Shown here: positions 54,131 to 62,309 of the stretch, in pieces
How the letters are laid out: every line of letters begins with the position of its first letter
Position numbering within the stretch: the first letter of the stretch is position 1
NCBI GenBank assembly: GCA_965216935.1
Contig: OZ244217.1
Location: 2,512,741 to 2,576,740 of the forward strand
Direction of reading: 5' to 3'
DNA length: 64,000 nucleotides
DNA from: Acidobacteriota bacterium
GTDB taxonomy: Bacteria > Acidobacteriota > UBA890
Position numbers and translations under genes: made by a program
The notes under the pieces: generated by a model
The model's input: the letters and a program-made list of their open reading frames with translations, nothing else
The model's database searches: none
Told to the model about the DNA's origin: nothing

Positions 54131-54210
54131 CACCGCGGCGACTCAGAGCCACGGCGGCGGGTCAGAGCCACCGCGGCGGGTCGGAGTCACCGCGGCGGGT
54201 CAGAGCCGCC
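54131..54210. repeat. Tandem repeat, 19-20-nt unit x4 (CACCGCGGCGGGTCAGAGC-like) just after the GGDEF gene stop
   Basis: Read directly from the sequence. Begins about 20 nt after TAG 54108-54110. Confidence 0.85.
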
Positions 54211-54454
54211 CGATGGAAGCCACCTGGGGCTCGCCCGTTTCTCTCCCGAGCGACGCTCGAACCCTCCCTGGCGCCCCTCCGCTACTCCGGCGGCTTGTTG
54301 TCACTGAAAGCCAGTCAAAGATAGCAATAATCAATCTTAGTTTTTAAAACATCGGGACAATTAGGGTTCGTCGCTGCTGCGCCGTCTTGTACCATTGCTA
54401 CCTGAGCACGCTGGAGGCTCGAAACTCCAGGGGCGAACACAGGTGAGGCAAGCA

Positions 54455-54709
54455 ATGTCGTCGTTGGCCGTAGGATCACAGACGCAATCCGGGCACGGTG
54501 GCGCCGTCGCCGGTGGTACCCGCGTCGGCCCTCCGGGACGCAAGGCCGAAGGCCGGCTTCTGACCGTTTCGGAAGTCGCCGAGCTGCTCCGGATCAACAA
54601 GTCGACGGTGTATCGGATGGCCAAGCAGGGCCGCCTGCCCGCCACACGGGTGGGGCGTCAGTGGCGGTTCCGCAAAGACGTGCTGGACGGATTGCTCGAC
54701 CCGGCCTGA
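54455..54709 (+). CDS. Excisionase-type (MerR-superfamily, HTH_17-like) DNA-binding protein
   Basis: In frame with track ORF 54395..54709. ATG 54455 is preceded by AGGTGAGG. LLTVSEVAELLRINKSTVYRMAKQGRLPATRVGRQWRFRKDVLDGLL. Confidence 0.7.
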   Translation: MSSLAVGSQTQSGHGGAVAGGTRVGPPGRKAEGRLLTVSEVAELLRINKSTVYRMAKQGRLPATRVGRQWRFRKDVLDGLLDPA

Positions 54710-54779
54710 CGACCGAAACCGGGCTGCCCGGATACGCCTCGCGCCCGCACGCTCGCGCCCGCACAATGGGACAGAAAAA

Positions 54780-54816
54780 GCCGGCCCAGGATCGATCTGG
54801 ACCGGCTTCTCGTTTG
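54780..54816. terminator. Bidirectional rho-independent terminator (HTH gene / degP)
   Basis: Stem GCCGGCCCAG / CTGGACCGGC (one mismatch), loop GATCGAT. Flanked by AGAAAAA upstream and TTCTCGTTTG downstream. Lies between convergent genes. Confidence 0.6.
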
Positions 54817-54860
54817 TATGGTGCCGCCGGTGGTGGCCAGTGGCGCTTGTCTCGAAGATC

Positions 54861-56483
54861 TTAGTCGGGGATTTCCAGCGGGATCTGCCTGGTGGTGCCG
54901 TTCGGATCCCGTACCCGCAGGATTACCGACCGTCCCGGCTCGACCTGCTCGATCAGCTCGGTGAATTCCTCGACGCTGCCGATGGGCCGGCGATTGACCT
55001 CCTGGATGATCGTACCCGCCCCGATATCGAGGGGAGCCACGCTGCTGCTGGGCTCCACGCCGAGGATCAGGATGCCGCCGTTGGCGATGTCATAATCGAG
55101 CTCGCCCGCGATCCGCGCCGTCAACGGCGCGAGCGTGATGCCGAGGTTCTCTTCGACGGCGGAGAGCTCATGATCAGCGCGGCCGCCGCGGTTACCGGGC
55201 CTGATGATGGCATTCGACTGCCGGTCGGCCAGGACCTGGATCTCCGGAGGACGCTCGCCGAGTGTCACGTCGATCGACTGTCCGCTGACGGTGAACCCGG
55301 TGGCCGAGTCGTCGGGCTCGGCGCGCAGGATGTCCAGGGTGATGGTCGCGTCCGGTGGGGTCATGCCGATCCGCTGGAGGAAATCCTGGTCGTCCTCGAG
55401 CGGGGCCCCGTCGGCGCCGACGACGATGTCGCCCTCACGCACGCCGGCCAGGTCGGCGGGCTCGCCTGCGTTGACCTCGACGATCTCGACCGCGCTCCGC
55501 ACCTCACGCCGGTCGAGTCCGTAGACCTCGGCAATCTGCGTCGGGAGCGGCCGCATGCTGATTCCCAGCCAGCCACGGATCGTGCGCCCGTGCTCGATGA
55601 GCTGGTCGACAACGCCGCTGACGAGGTTGATCGGGATGGCGAAGCCGACGCCGGCGAATTGCCCCTGCAGGCCGTTGCTGAGGATCGCGGTGTTGATGCC
55701 GATCACCTCGCCGCGGAGGTTGACCAGGGGCCCGCCCGAGTTTCCGCGGTTGATGGCAGCGTCGGTCTGGATGAAGTCCTGGTACGCCGAACCGTCGAAG
55801 CCGCCGATCTGAGCGCGGCCCTTGGCCGAGATGATGCCGGCGGACACGGTGTTCGTCAGGCCGAACGGGGCGCCCAGGGCCATGACCCACTCGCCCACGC
55901 GGGACTGTTCGGAGTCGCCGAGGGGGATGAAGGGCAGGTCGCGGCCGGCGTCGATTTTGAGGACCGCCAGGTCCGTGCCGATGTCGACCCCGACGATTTC
56001 CGCCTCGTATTCGTCGTCGTTGCTCAGCCGCACCATGACGCTGTCGGCTTCGACGACCTCGACGGCGTTCACGTCGGCCTGGGACACGACGTGGGCGTTG
56101 GTCGCGATGTAGCCGTCCGCGCTGATCAGGAACCCGGAGCCCTGGGATGCCTGCAACTGGCTGTCGGGAACGTCGGGGGCGTTCTCGTCCTCCTCCAGGA
56201 AGCGGCGGAAGAACTCCGGAACGTCGCCCAGCATCGCCGTACCGCTCACGGTCTGCTCGGTCTGGATGAACACCAGGGCAGGCTGGGTCCGTTCCGCGAC
56301 GCGCACGAAGGCTCCCTGCGGAATGGCCTCGTCGAGCGCCGGTGCGTCGGTGTTGACCGCCGGTTGAGCCCGCTGGCCAGTGCCGGCGACTGCCGACCCG
56401 AGTTGCGTGATCGTGATGCCCGCGATCAACCCGAGGGCGATCAAGCTGGCGGAGGTGAGGAAGCGTTGCCCGTTCTTGCTCAC
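54861..56483 (-). CDS. degP: DegP/HtrA (Do-family) periplasmic serine endoprotease with two PDZ domains
   Basis: Track ORF 54861..56504. The second GTG (56483) lies 8 nt after AGGAGG, so it was chosen as the start. Triad contexts ATNAHVV, DLAVLKI, GNSGGPLVN. TM/signal anchor. Confidence 0.9.
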   Translation of the reverse strand: MSKNGQRFLTSASLIALGLIAGITITQLGSAVAGTGQRAQPAVNTDAPALDEAIPQGAFVRVAERTQPALVFIQTEQTVSGTAMLGDVPEFFRRFLEEDENAPDVPDSQLQASQGSGFLISADGYIATNAHVVSQADVNAVEVVEADSVMVRLSNDDEYEAEIVGVDIGTDLAVLKIDAGRDLPFIPLGDSEQSRVGEWVMALGAPFGLTNTVSAGIISAKGRAQIGGFDGSAYQDFIQTDAAINRGNSGGPLVNLRGEVIGINTAILSNGLQGQFAGVGFAIPINLVSGVVDQLIEHGRTIRGWLGISMRPLPTQIAEVYGLDRREVRSAVEIVEVNAGEPADLAGVREGDIVVGADGAPLEDDQDFLQRIGMTPPDATITLDILRAEPDDSATGFTVSGQSIDVTLGERPPEIQVLADRQSNAIIRPGNRGGRADHELSAVEENLGITLAPLTARIAGELDYDIANGGILILGVEPSSSVAPLDIGAGTIIQEVNRRPIGSVEEFTELIEQVEPGRSVILRVRDPNGTTRQIPLEIPD

Positions 56484-57054
56484 GTCAGTTTCCTCCTGCG
56501 ACACATTTCGACGACGATCGGATCTCGGGGAGTCAACTCAACTCGCGTACGCGAGGCTCCTACGCCCTAGTAGACGCTCGAAACCGCCCGACAGACGAGA
56601 TCATACGGTATTTCGACTTCGGCCCCACGCTCGAGCCGAAACCGAGCCCCCCTAAAGGATAGCGCGTTGCCGCCCGAATCTGTACGGAAACCGGCGCGGG
56701 ACCGTTGTGTTGCACATGGTACTCCGCTCGCCGGACTGGCAGCAGGCCGCATGCCGCGCCCCGGCGGGGGGGAGAAAGGTTACGGGGCGTGCCGGGCGGG
56801 GCAAAAAAATTGCCCGGGCGATCTCCACGACGGCCTCCCAGCGACTGCTCGACTTTCTCCAGCGTGCCGGTCTCCTCAGGGCCTTGCTTCGCCTTTCGAC
56901 TCAGCCAGTTTCCCGAGGTCCTTACGCGCCATCAGCGATCGTCAGGCTCTCGCGTTTGGCCGGGAACATCACCCGGACACCGCCACCATAAGGGCTGGAG
57001 AAAAACTGTCAACAACTTTTTTCGAGATTTACACCGATTCCGGCACGAACCGGG

Positions 57055-58182
57055 TCAGCGGTCGGCGAGATCCCTGTATCGGCGGGGAGACGGCCCGGTG
57101 TACTCGGAGCGCGGGCGGATGAGTTGATTGTCGCCGTACTGTTCCATGACGTGCGCCGTCCAGCCGGCGATCCGGCTGAGGGCGAAAAGCGCCGGGAAAA
57201 GGTCCGCCGGGAGGCCGAGGTAGGTGTAGAGGCTGGCGGAGTAGAAATCGACGTTGATCGACAACCCTTTGCGCTCCTGCATGATGTCGATCATTCGCTC
57301 CTGGACCTCGAGCATCTTCGGGTCGCCTTCGCCCTTCAAGTTCTCTGCCTGCGCCTTCAGATGCCGCCCGCGTGGGTCCTCGACCCGATACACGCGGTGC
57401 CCGAAACCCATGATGCGCTCCTTCGCGGCCAGCTTGGAGTCGATGTAATCGGCCACGTGCTCCGGTCCGCCGACCTCGTCGAGCATGTCCTTGACGCGCT
57501 GATTCGCTCCGCCGTGCAGCGGGCCCTTGAGCGTCCCGATGGCGGAGGTGATGGCGGAATGCATGTCCGAGAGGGTGGCTGCGGTTACCCGGGCCGAGAA
57601 CGTCGAGGCGTTGAACCCATGGTCTGCGTGCAGAACGAGGGCGACGTCGAACGCCCGATTGGCCGACGCGCTGGCGCGCTCGCCGCGGACCATGAACAAG
57701 AAGTTGGCGGCGTGATCGAGGGCGGGATCGGGGGCTACCGGCTCGAGGCCCAGACGGCTGCGCTGGATGGCCGCGGTCAACGTGGCGATTTGCGCCGTCA
57801 AGCGCGCCGCCTTGGCGCGTTGTGCCCCGGGCGACATGTCTTCACCTTCCGGGTCCAGTTCTCCGAGAGCCGATACCGCGGTTCGCAGCGTCGCCATCGG
57901 CGGTGCTTCGGGCGGGGCCTTGGCGATGAGCTCGAGGACTGCCGGCGGCACGGCGCGTTGGCGCGCCAGCATGGTGGTGAAGTCGGCCAGGTCCGCACGC
58001 GACGGAAGCTCGCCCTCCCACAGCAGATACGTCGTTTCCTCGAAGGAGGAATGCTCGGCGAGGTCGTGGATGTCATACCCGCGGTAGGCGAGCAGCCCTT
58101 GCTCGCCGTCGATGATGCAGATTCCCGAGCGGCCCGCGACGACGCCTTTCAACCCTGCCGATGCTGTGCTCGATTCGCTCAT
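57055..58182 (-). CDS. gltA: Citrate synthase (small, type I / 2-methylcitrate synthase-like)
   Basis: Track ORF 57055..58182. LKGVVAG.S.IC.IDG..G.L.YRGY, GPLHGGANQ, GFGHRVY family motifs. Confidence 0.9.
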   Translation of the reverse strand: MSESSTASAGLKGVVAGRSGICIIDGEQGLLAYRGYDIHDLAEHSSFEETTYLLWEGELPSRADLADFTTMLARQRAVPPAVLELIAKAPPEAPPMATLRTAVSALGELDPEGEDMSPGAQRAKAARLTAQIATLTAAIQRSRLGLEPVAPDPALDHAANFLFMVRGERASASANRAFDVALVLHADHGFNASTFSARVTAATLSDMHSAITSAIGTLKGPLHGGANQRVKDMLDEVGGPEHVADYIDSKLAAKERIMGFGHRVYRVEDPRGRHLKAQAENLKGEGDPKMLEVQERMIDIMQERKGLSINVDFYSASLYTYLGLPADLFPALFALSRIAGWTAHVMEQYGDNQLIRPRSEYTGPSPRRYRDLADR

Positions 58183-58269
58183 GCGCTCATCCTACCAGCG
58201 ATACGGCTGCGACGGGCCGGCGAGAGCGCGCGCTCGGGATCGAGCGGGTCGACGTGGTGGTGCCGTTCG

Positions 58270-58468
58270 TCCCCCCCGGGACGTCATGTTGCGGAGATTC
58301 ATGCCCCGGGGGGCGTCATCGTGCGGGGGATTCATGCCCCCGGGGGGCGTCATCGTGCGGGGGATTCATGCCCCCGGGGGGCGTCGTGGTGCGGAGATTC
58401 ATTTCCCGGTGGGGCGTCGGGGTAGGGAGATTCCTGCCCCGACGGCCGTCATGGCGGGGACGGTTGGG
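58270..58468. repeat. Intergenic tandem repeat, 33-34-nt unit x5-6 with GC-palindromic core (GCCCCCGGGGGGC)
   Basis: The GATTCAT anchor ends at 58302, 58335, 58369 and 58402, and GATTCCT ends at about 58435. Lies between the divergent citrate synthase and DUF3179 genes. Confidence 0.9.
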
Positions 58469-58556
58469 TCGGACGCGAACTGGCGGGAGGCGTCGCCACC
58501 GGGTAGAAAAGGAGAGAAGCGAACAGTATCCGCCGCCTTCCACGCCCGGGAGCCCC

Positions 58557-59990
58557 ATGCGACCCACATCGTTCTCTTCCGTGGTGGCCGTCGCCGCCGT
58601 TATCCTCACGACGGTCAGCTTGTCTTCCGCCGTCGCGATCCGGCAGGAGGACCAGCAGCGCGATCCCACGGTGCAGGCTTTCTACGATCTTGTCGATCGC
58701 GATCCGTTCGTGCAGCGACCCGCCGCCCTTCGCCTGCGAGAGCGCGGCGACCGCGACGCACTGCCGTTCCTGGTGACGACGATGCGCTACGACCCGTTCC
58801 GCAACGAGACCCTCCTGGAGGTTCTACGTGACCTGAGCGGGGAAGACCTGGGCGACAACTTCCTACCGTGGTCCGAATGGGTCGTGCGCGAGGAGATCGA
58901 GCCGCACCCGGCGTACCGGCAGTGGAAGGCCGACCTGCTCGCCCGACTCGATCCGGGATTCGGCGAGTTCCTCGATCCCGAGCTGCCGTCGACGATCGAT
59001 TACCTCGAGATCCAATGGGGCGGTGTGCCGCCCGAGGGGATCCCGTCGCTGGACGATCCCGCCGTCATCCCGGCCGCGGATGCCGACTACCTCACCGATG
59101 AGGAGCTCGTATTCGGCGTCGCCCTGTCTCCGGAGGGCGCGCTGGCCGGTGAAGCTCCCGTGGGCGACGTCGAAGCCCGTGCCTATCCGCTGCGGATCCT
59201 CGATTGGCACGAGATGACGAACGACGTCGTCGCCGGGATTCCCGTGGCACTTTCGTATTGCACGCTGTGCGGCTCGGCGATTCTGTTCGACCGGCGCATC
59301 GGCGAGCGGAGCTTCACCTTTGCTACCAGCGGTCTGCTGTATCGCTCCAACAAGCTCATGTTCGACCGCGAATCGAGAACGCTATGGTCGAACATGAGCG
59401 GCCAACCCGTGCTGGGGTCGTTGGTCATGGAAGATCTGCAGCTCTCCGTCTTGCCGGTCATCGTCACCACGTGGGCGGACTGGCGCACGCGCTATCCGGA
59501 TACGACCGTGCTCGATCCCGAGACCGGCTACCAACGCGACTACAGTGTCGGGGCCGCCTATGGGGAGTACTTCGCCAGCGAGAACCTCATGTTTCCGGTG
59601 GGTCTACAGGACGAGCGACTCGCACCCAAGGCCTGGGTTTTCGGCCTGCGCTCCGGCGATGACGCCAAGGCGTTCGGCCTCGACGCCCTGCAGGAACAGG
59701 GCGTGCTGAACACGGTCGTCGGCGATCAGCCGGTGGTCCTCGTTGTCGGGACCGGGCGCGCAGTGCGGGCCTTCGATCGCGGTGACCTGACGTTTCATCT
59801 CGATGAATCCGATTCCGCGCAAGCGCTTTTGCGGGCCGACGACGGCTCGGCTTGGAGGATGAGCGACGTCGCGCTCCATCGCGTCGAAGGGGCCGGCATG
59901 CGGATGCGCTTTCCCGGGCACCTGGCGTACTGGTTCGGCTGGTATGCCTTCTTTCCGGATACCGAGCTCTGGATCGGCGAGGGGCGTTGA
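58557..59990 (+). CDS. DUF3179-domain protein, secreted
   Basis: In frame with track ORF 58161..59990; ATG 58557. Signal-like SSVVAVAAVILTTVSLSSA. DUF3179-typical ARAYPLRILDWHEMTNDVVAGIPVALSYCTLCGS. Confidence 0.8.
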   Translation: MRPTSFSSVVAVAAVILTTVSLSSAVAIRQEDQQRDPTVQAFYDLVDRDPFVQRPAALRLRERGDRDALPFLVTTMRYDPFRNETLLEVLRDLSGEDLGDNFLPWSEWVVREEIEPHPAYRQWKADLLARLDPGFGEFLDPELPSTIDYLEIQWGGVPPEGIPSLDDPAVIPAADADYLTDEELVFGVALSPEGALAGEAPVGDVEARAYPLRILDWHEMTNDVVAGIPVALSYCTLCGSAILFDRRIGERSFTFATSGLLYRSNKLMFDRESRTLWSNMSGQPVLGSLVMEDLQLSVLPVIVTTWADWRTRYPDTTVLDPETGYQRDYSVGAAYGEYFASENLMFPVGLQDERLAPKAWVFGLRSGDDAKAFGLDALQEQGVLNTVVGDQPVVLVVGTGRAVRAFDRGDLTFHLDESDSAQALLRADDGSAWRMSDVALHRVEGAGMRMRFPGHLAYWFGWYAFFPDTELWIGEGR

Positions 59991-60014
59991 ACGAGGCCGG
60001 CCGACCGGCGTCGA

Positions 60015-61418
60015 TCAACCCGTCTTGAGGGTGGCCATCAAGCTCTCGAGCGGGGCGCTGATCGCGATCGGGTAGGCGCCTGCGTCGCTCAGAGCGCGAA
60101 CGCCCCCCGGCAACGCCGCCGTCTGCGCGGCCGCCCGCTGTTGTATCTGCTTGAGCGAGGGGGAGTCGCCCGCTACCTGGCCGCCGCGCATCGCAGGTTG
60201 CAGCAGCGGCTCGACCAGCGACGCTCCCGGCGTGTGGGGCGGAGGAGACGGCTGCTCGTCCTCGAGCCCGATCACATCGCCGATGAAACGCCCGTCCTTG
60301 TGGTATCGCCAGACCTGTTTACGCCCGGGGAGCGTCGCCTTGCCGGTGCTCAACTTGATCACCGGGATCTCGGCGCCGTCGGCATTGCGGCAAGCGGTGA
60401 GCTTGTACGTGCTATCGAGGGAAGGGGCGTCGCCGCTGGTCCCGAGCTCGGTACCGACGCCGAACGCGTCGAGCCGGGCGCCGTCCGCCAGGAGCCGCGC
60501 GATCTCGTACTCGTCGAGCCCGCCGCTGGCGAATATCTTCGTGTCGACGAGGCCGGCGTCGTCGAGGATCTGACGCACGCCTTGGCTGAGTGCGGCCAGA
60601 TCGCCGCTGTCGAGACGAACGGCGGCGAGCCTGCGACCCTGGCGGGCGAGCCTCCGGGCAATGTGCACGGCCTTCCGGGCGCCTTCCAGCGTGTCGTAGG
60701 TGTCGATCAGGAGCGTCGGGTCGCCGGGGTACGCATCGACGAACGACTCGAATGCGGCCTCCTCGCTGCGGTGGAACATGACGAAGGAGTGGGTCATGGT
60801 GCCGTACGTCGGTAGGCCGAACCGGGCGCCCGCGAGAACGTTCGAGGTGCCTACGCAGCCGCCGACGTAGGCTGCCCGTGCGGCCAGCAGGCCGGCTTGC
60901 GGCCCGTGGTCGCGACGGGCGGAGAAGTCGACCACCTGCCGGCCGTCGGCGGCCAGCACGACGCGCGCGGCCTTGCTCGCGATCATCGTCTGATAGGTGA
61001 GCGTCGTGAGCAGGAACGTCTCGACGATCTGCGCTTCGATGATCGGCGCGGTGATGCGCAGCAGCGGGGCCGGCGGGAACGCGACGGTGCCTTCGGGGAC
61101 CGCGTCGACGTCGCCGGTGAACCTCAGGTCGGCAAGGTAGTCGAGAAAATCCGCCTGGAAATGCGACGTACGCTCGAGATAGGCGAGGGACTCCTGGTTG
61201 AACCTGAGATCCAGCAGATAGGCGAGAGCCTGCTCCAGACCGGCGGTCAGGAGGAAGCCGCGGCGGGGCGGAAGGCTGCGAACGTTGAGCTCGAAGGTGG
61301 CGACCCGGTCATGCGCACGCTCGGCGAAATAGGCCGCCGCCATCGTGAGCTCGTACAGGTCCGTCGACAGCGCCAATCGGTCCGGGACGATCTGCGCGTG
61401 GTGCTTCATGGCCGGCAT
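60015..61418 (-). CDS. pncB: Nicotinate phosphoribosyltransferase
   Basis: Track ORF 60015..61418. LSTDLYELTMAAAYF, GTSNV, TMTHSFVM, RLDSGDL family motifs. Confidence 0.9.
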   Translation of the reverse strand: MPAMKHHAQIVPDRLALSTDLYELTMAAAYFAERAHDRVATFELNVRSLPPRRGFLLTAGLEQALAYLLDLRFNQESLAYLERTSHFQADFLDYLADLRFTGDVDAVPEGTVAFPPAPLLRITAPIIEAQIVETFLLTTLTYQTMIASKAARVVLAADGRQVVDFSARRDHGPQAGLLAARAAYVGGCVGTSNVLAGARFGLPTYGTMTHSFVMFHRSEEAAFESFVDAYPGDPTLLIDTYDTLEGARKAVHIARRLARQGRRLAAVRLDSGDLAALSQGVRQILDDAGLVDTKIFASGGLDEYEIARLLADGARLDAFGVGTELGTSGDAPSLDSTYKLTACRNADGAEIPVIKLSTGKATLPGRKQVWRYHKDGRFIGDVIGLEDEQPSPPPHTPGASLVEPLLQPAMRGGQVAGDSPSLKQIQQRAAAQTAALPGGVRALSDAGAYPIAISAPLESLMATLKTG

Positions 61419-61497
61419 ATTAACCGCCGCGTCGGCCGAACTGCAGGAGGAGTGATGAACGCCGCCCAGCCGGACTGCCGCTTATCCGGTCTGTCGC

Positions 61498-62052
61498 CTA
61501 GCCGGTCTCGTGGATGCCGCGGGCCTTCATTTCCTCGAAGTCGAAGCTGCCCGGGAACGTCGGGCTCTCGGAGTTGTGGCACCCCAGGCAGGTCTGCTCG
61601 TCGGGAAGCTTCAAGCCGGCGGCGACCGAGGCCTCGCGGGATTCCATCACTTCCTTATCCTTGTACAGGCTTCCGGGACCGTGGCAGACCTCGCAGCCGA
61701 CGCCGGCGAGGTTGGGCGTGTCGGCGACGCTGGTGAACCCGGTGGGCTCGCCGTAACCGGTGGTGTGGCACTTCAGGCAGTTGGCGTCGCCCCGGCTTTC
61801 CTCCGGCAGCGTCTCCAACGCGTCCGCGTGGGGCGTACGGTCCCAGGCGCGGTATTCTTGCAGGTGGCAGCGACGGCAGCCGGAGCGGCCGCCTTCATAC
61901 GCCGGATCCTGCTCGGTCCAGGTATGAAATTCTGTTACCGGCTCGGTGACCGGGTGGGCGACCGGAGCAGGGCTCGCGTCGACCAAGAGGGCGGCGCCGG
62001 CGATGCCGATCGGAATCGCCAGAAACAACGCGACAAGAACTTGCTTTCTCAC
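61498..62052 (-). CDS. Tetraheme c-type cytochrome (cytochrome c554-like), membrane-anchored/secreted
   Basis: Track ORF 61498..62082. GTG 62052 follows GGAGGAG by 7 nt. Four CxxCH motifs: CRRCH, CLKCH, CEVCH, CLGCH. Confidence 0.8.
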   Translation of the reverse strand: MRKQVLVALFLAIPIGIAGAALLVDASPAPVAHPVTEPVTEFHTWTEQDPAYEGGRSGCRRCHLQEYRAWDRTPHADALETLPEESRGDANCLKCHTTGYGEPTGFTSVADTPNLAGVGCEVCHGPGSLYKDKEVMESREASVAAGLKLPDEQTCLGCHNSESPTFPGSFDFEEMKARGIHETG

Positions 62053-62093
62053 CTGATCTCTCCTCCGGAATATCGAGCCCAACCGGTGATGTC

Positions 62094-62122
62094 TTGCAAA
62101 TAGGTTGCTCGCATCCTATTTT
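62094..62122 (+). promoter_or_regulatory. Sigma70-like promoter candidate for the multiheme cytochrome gene
   Basis: TTGCAA (62094-62099) - 17 nt - TATTTT (62117-62122), in a locally AT-richer stretch about 190 nt upstream of ATG 62310. Confidence 0.35.
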
Positions 62123-62309
62123 AGTCGGTAAGGGTGCCGGCATCAAATCGGTGCGCGGCATTTTTCGTGTCATGACCTGAGGGGGGTGGGCCATCGTCGC
62201 GGCCCACGAAGAAGGAACGGGCCTTTCTTCCAGACGCTTGTCGACCCGTGGTGTCGGCACGGCGATAGCGGTGTCCCCGCGTGTCGAGATCGAGCGAGGG
62301 TGACCAAAG

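Noticed and set aside
56567-57127. Track ORFs in the degP-gltA gap (56567..56752 -, 56667..57122 +, 56705..57127 +, 56707..56991 +)
   Set aside because: They are mutually overlapping, Arg/Pro-rich, and lack both RBS and motifs. The region is treated as non-coding, possibly a leader or sRNA.
34757-58425. Long shadow ORFs 34757..37786 +, 37558..38739 +, 41751..43277 -, 43228..44760 -, 45195..46679 +, 54840..56570 +, 57124..58425 +, and 62937..63989 -
   Set aside because: Each is antisense to a motif-bearing gene. The translations are low-complexity and Arg/Gly/Asp-rich with no recognisable domain.
19778-58468. Tandem repeat arrays as CRISPR arrays
   Set aside because: The copies are contiguous with no unique spacers, the units are degenerate and differ between loci, and there are no cas genes.
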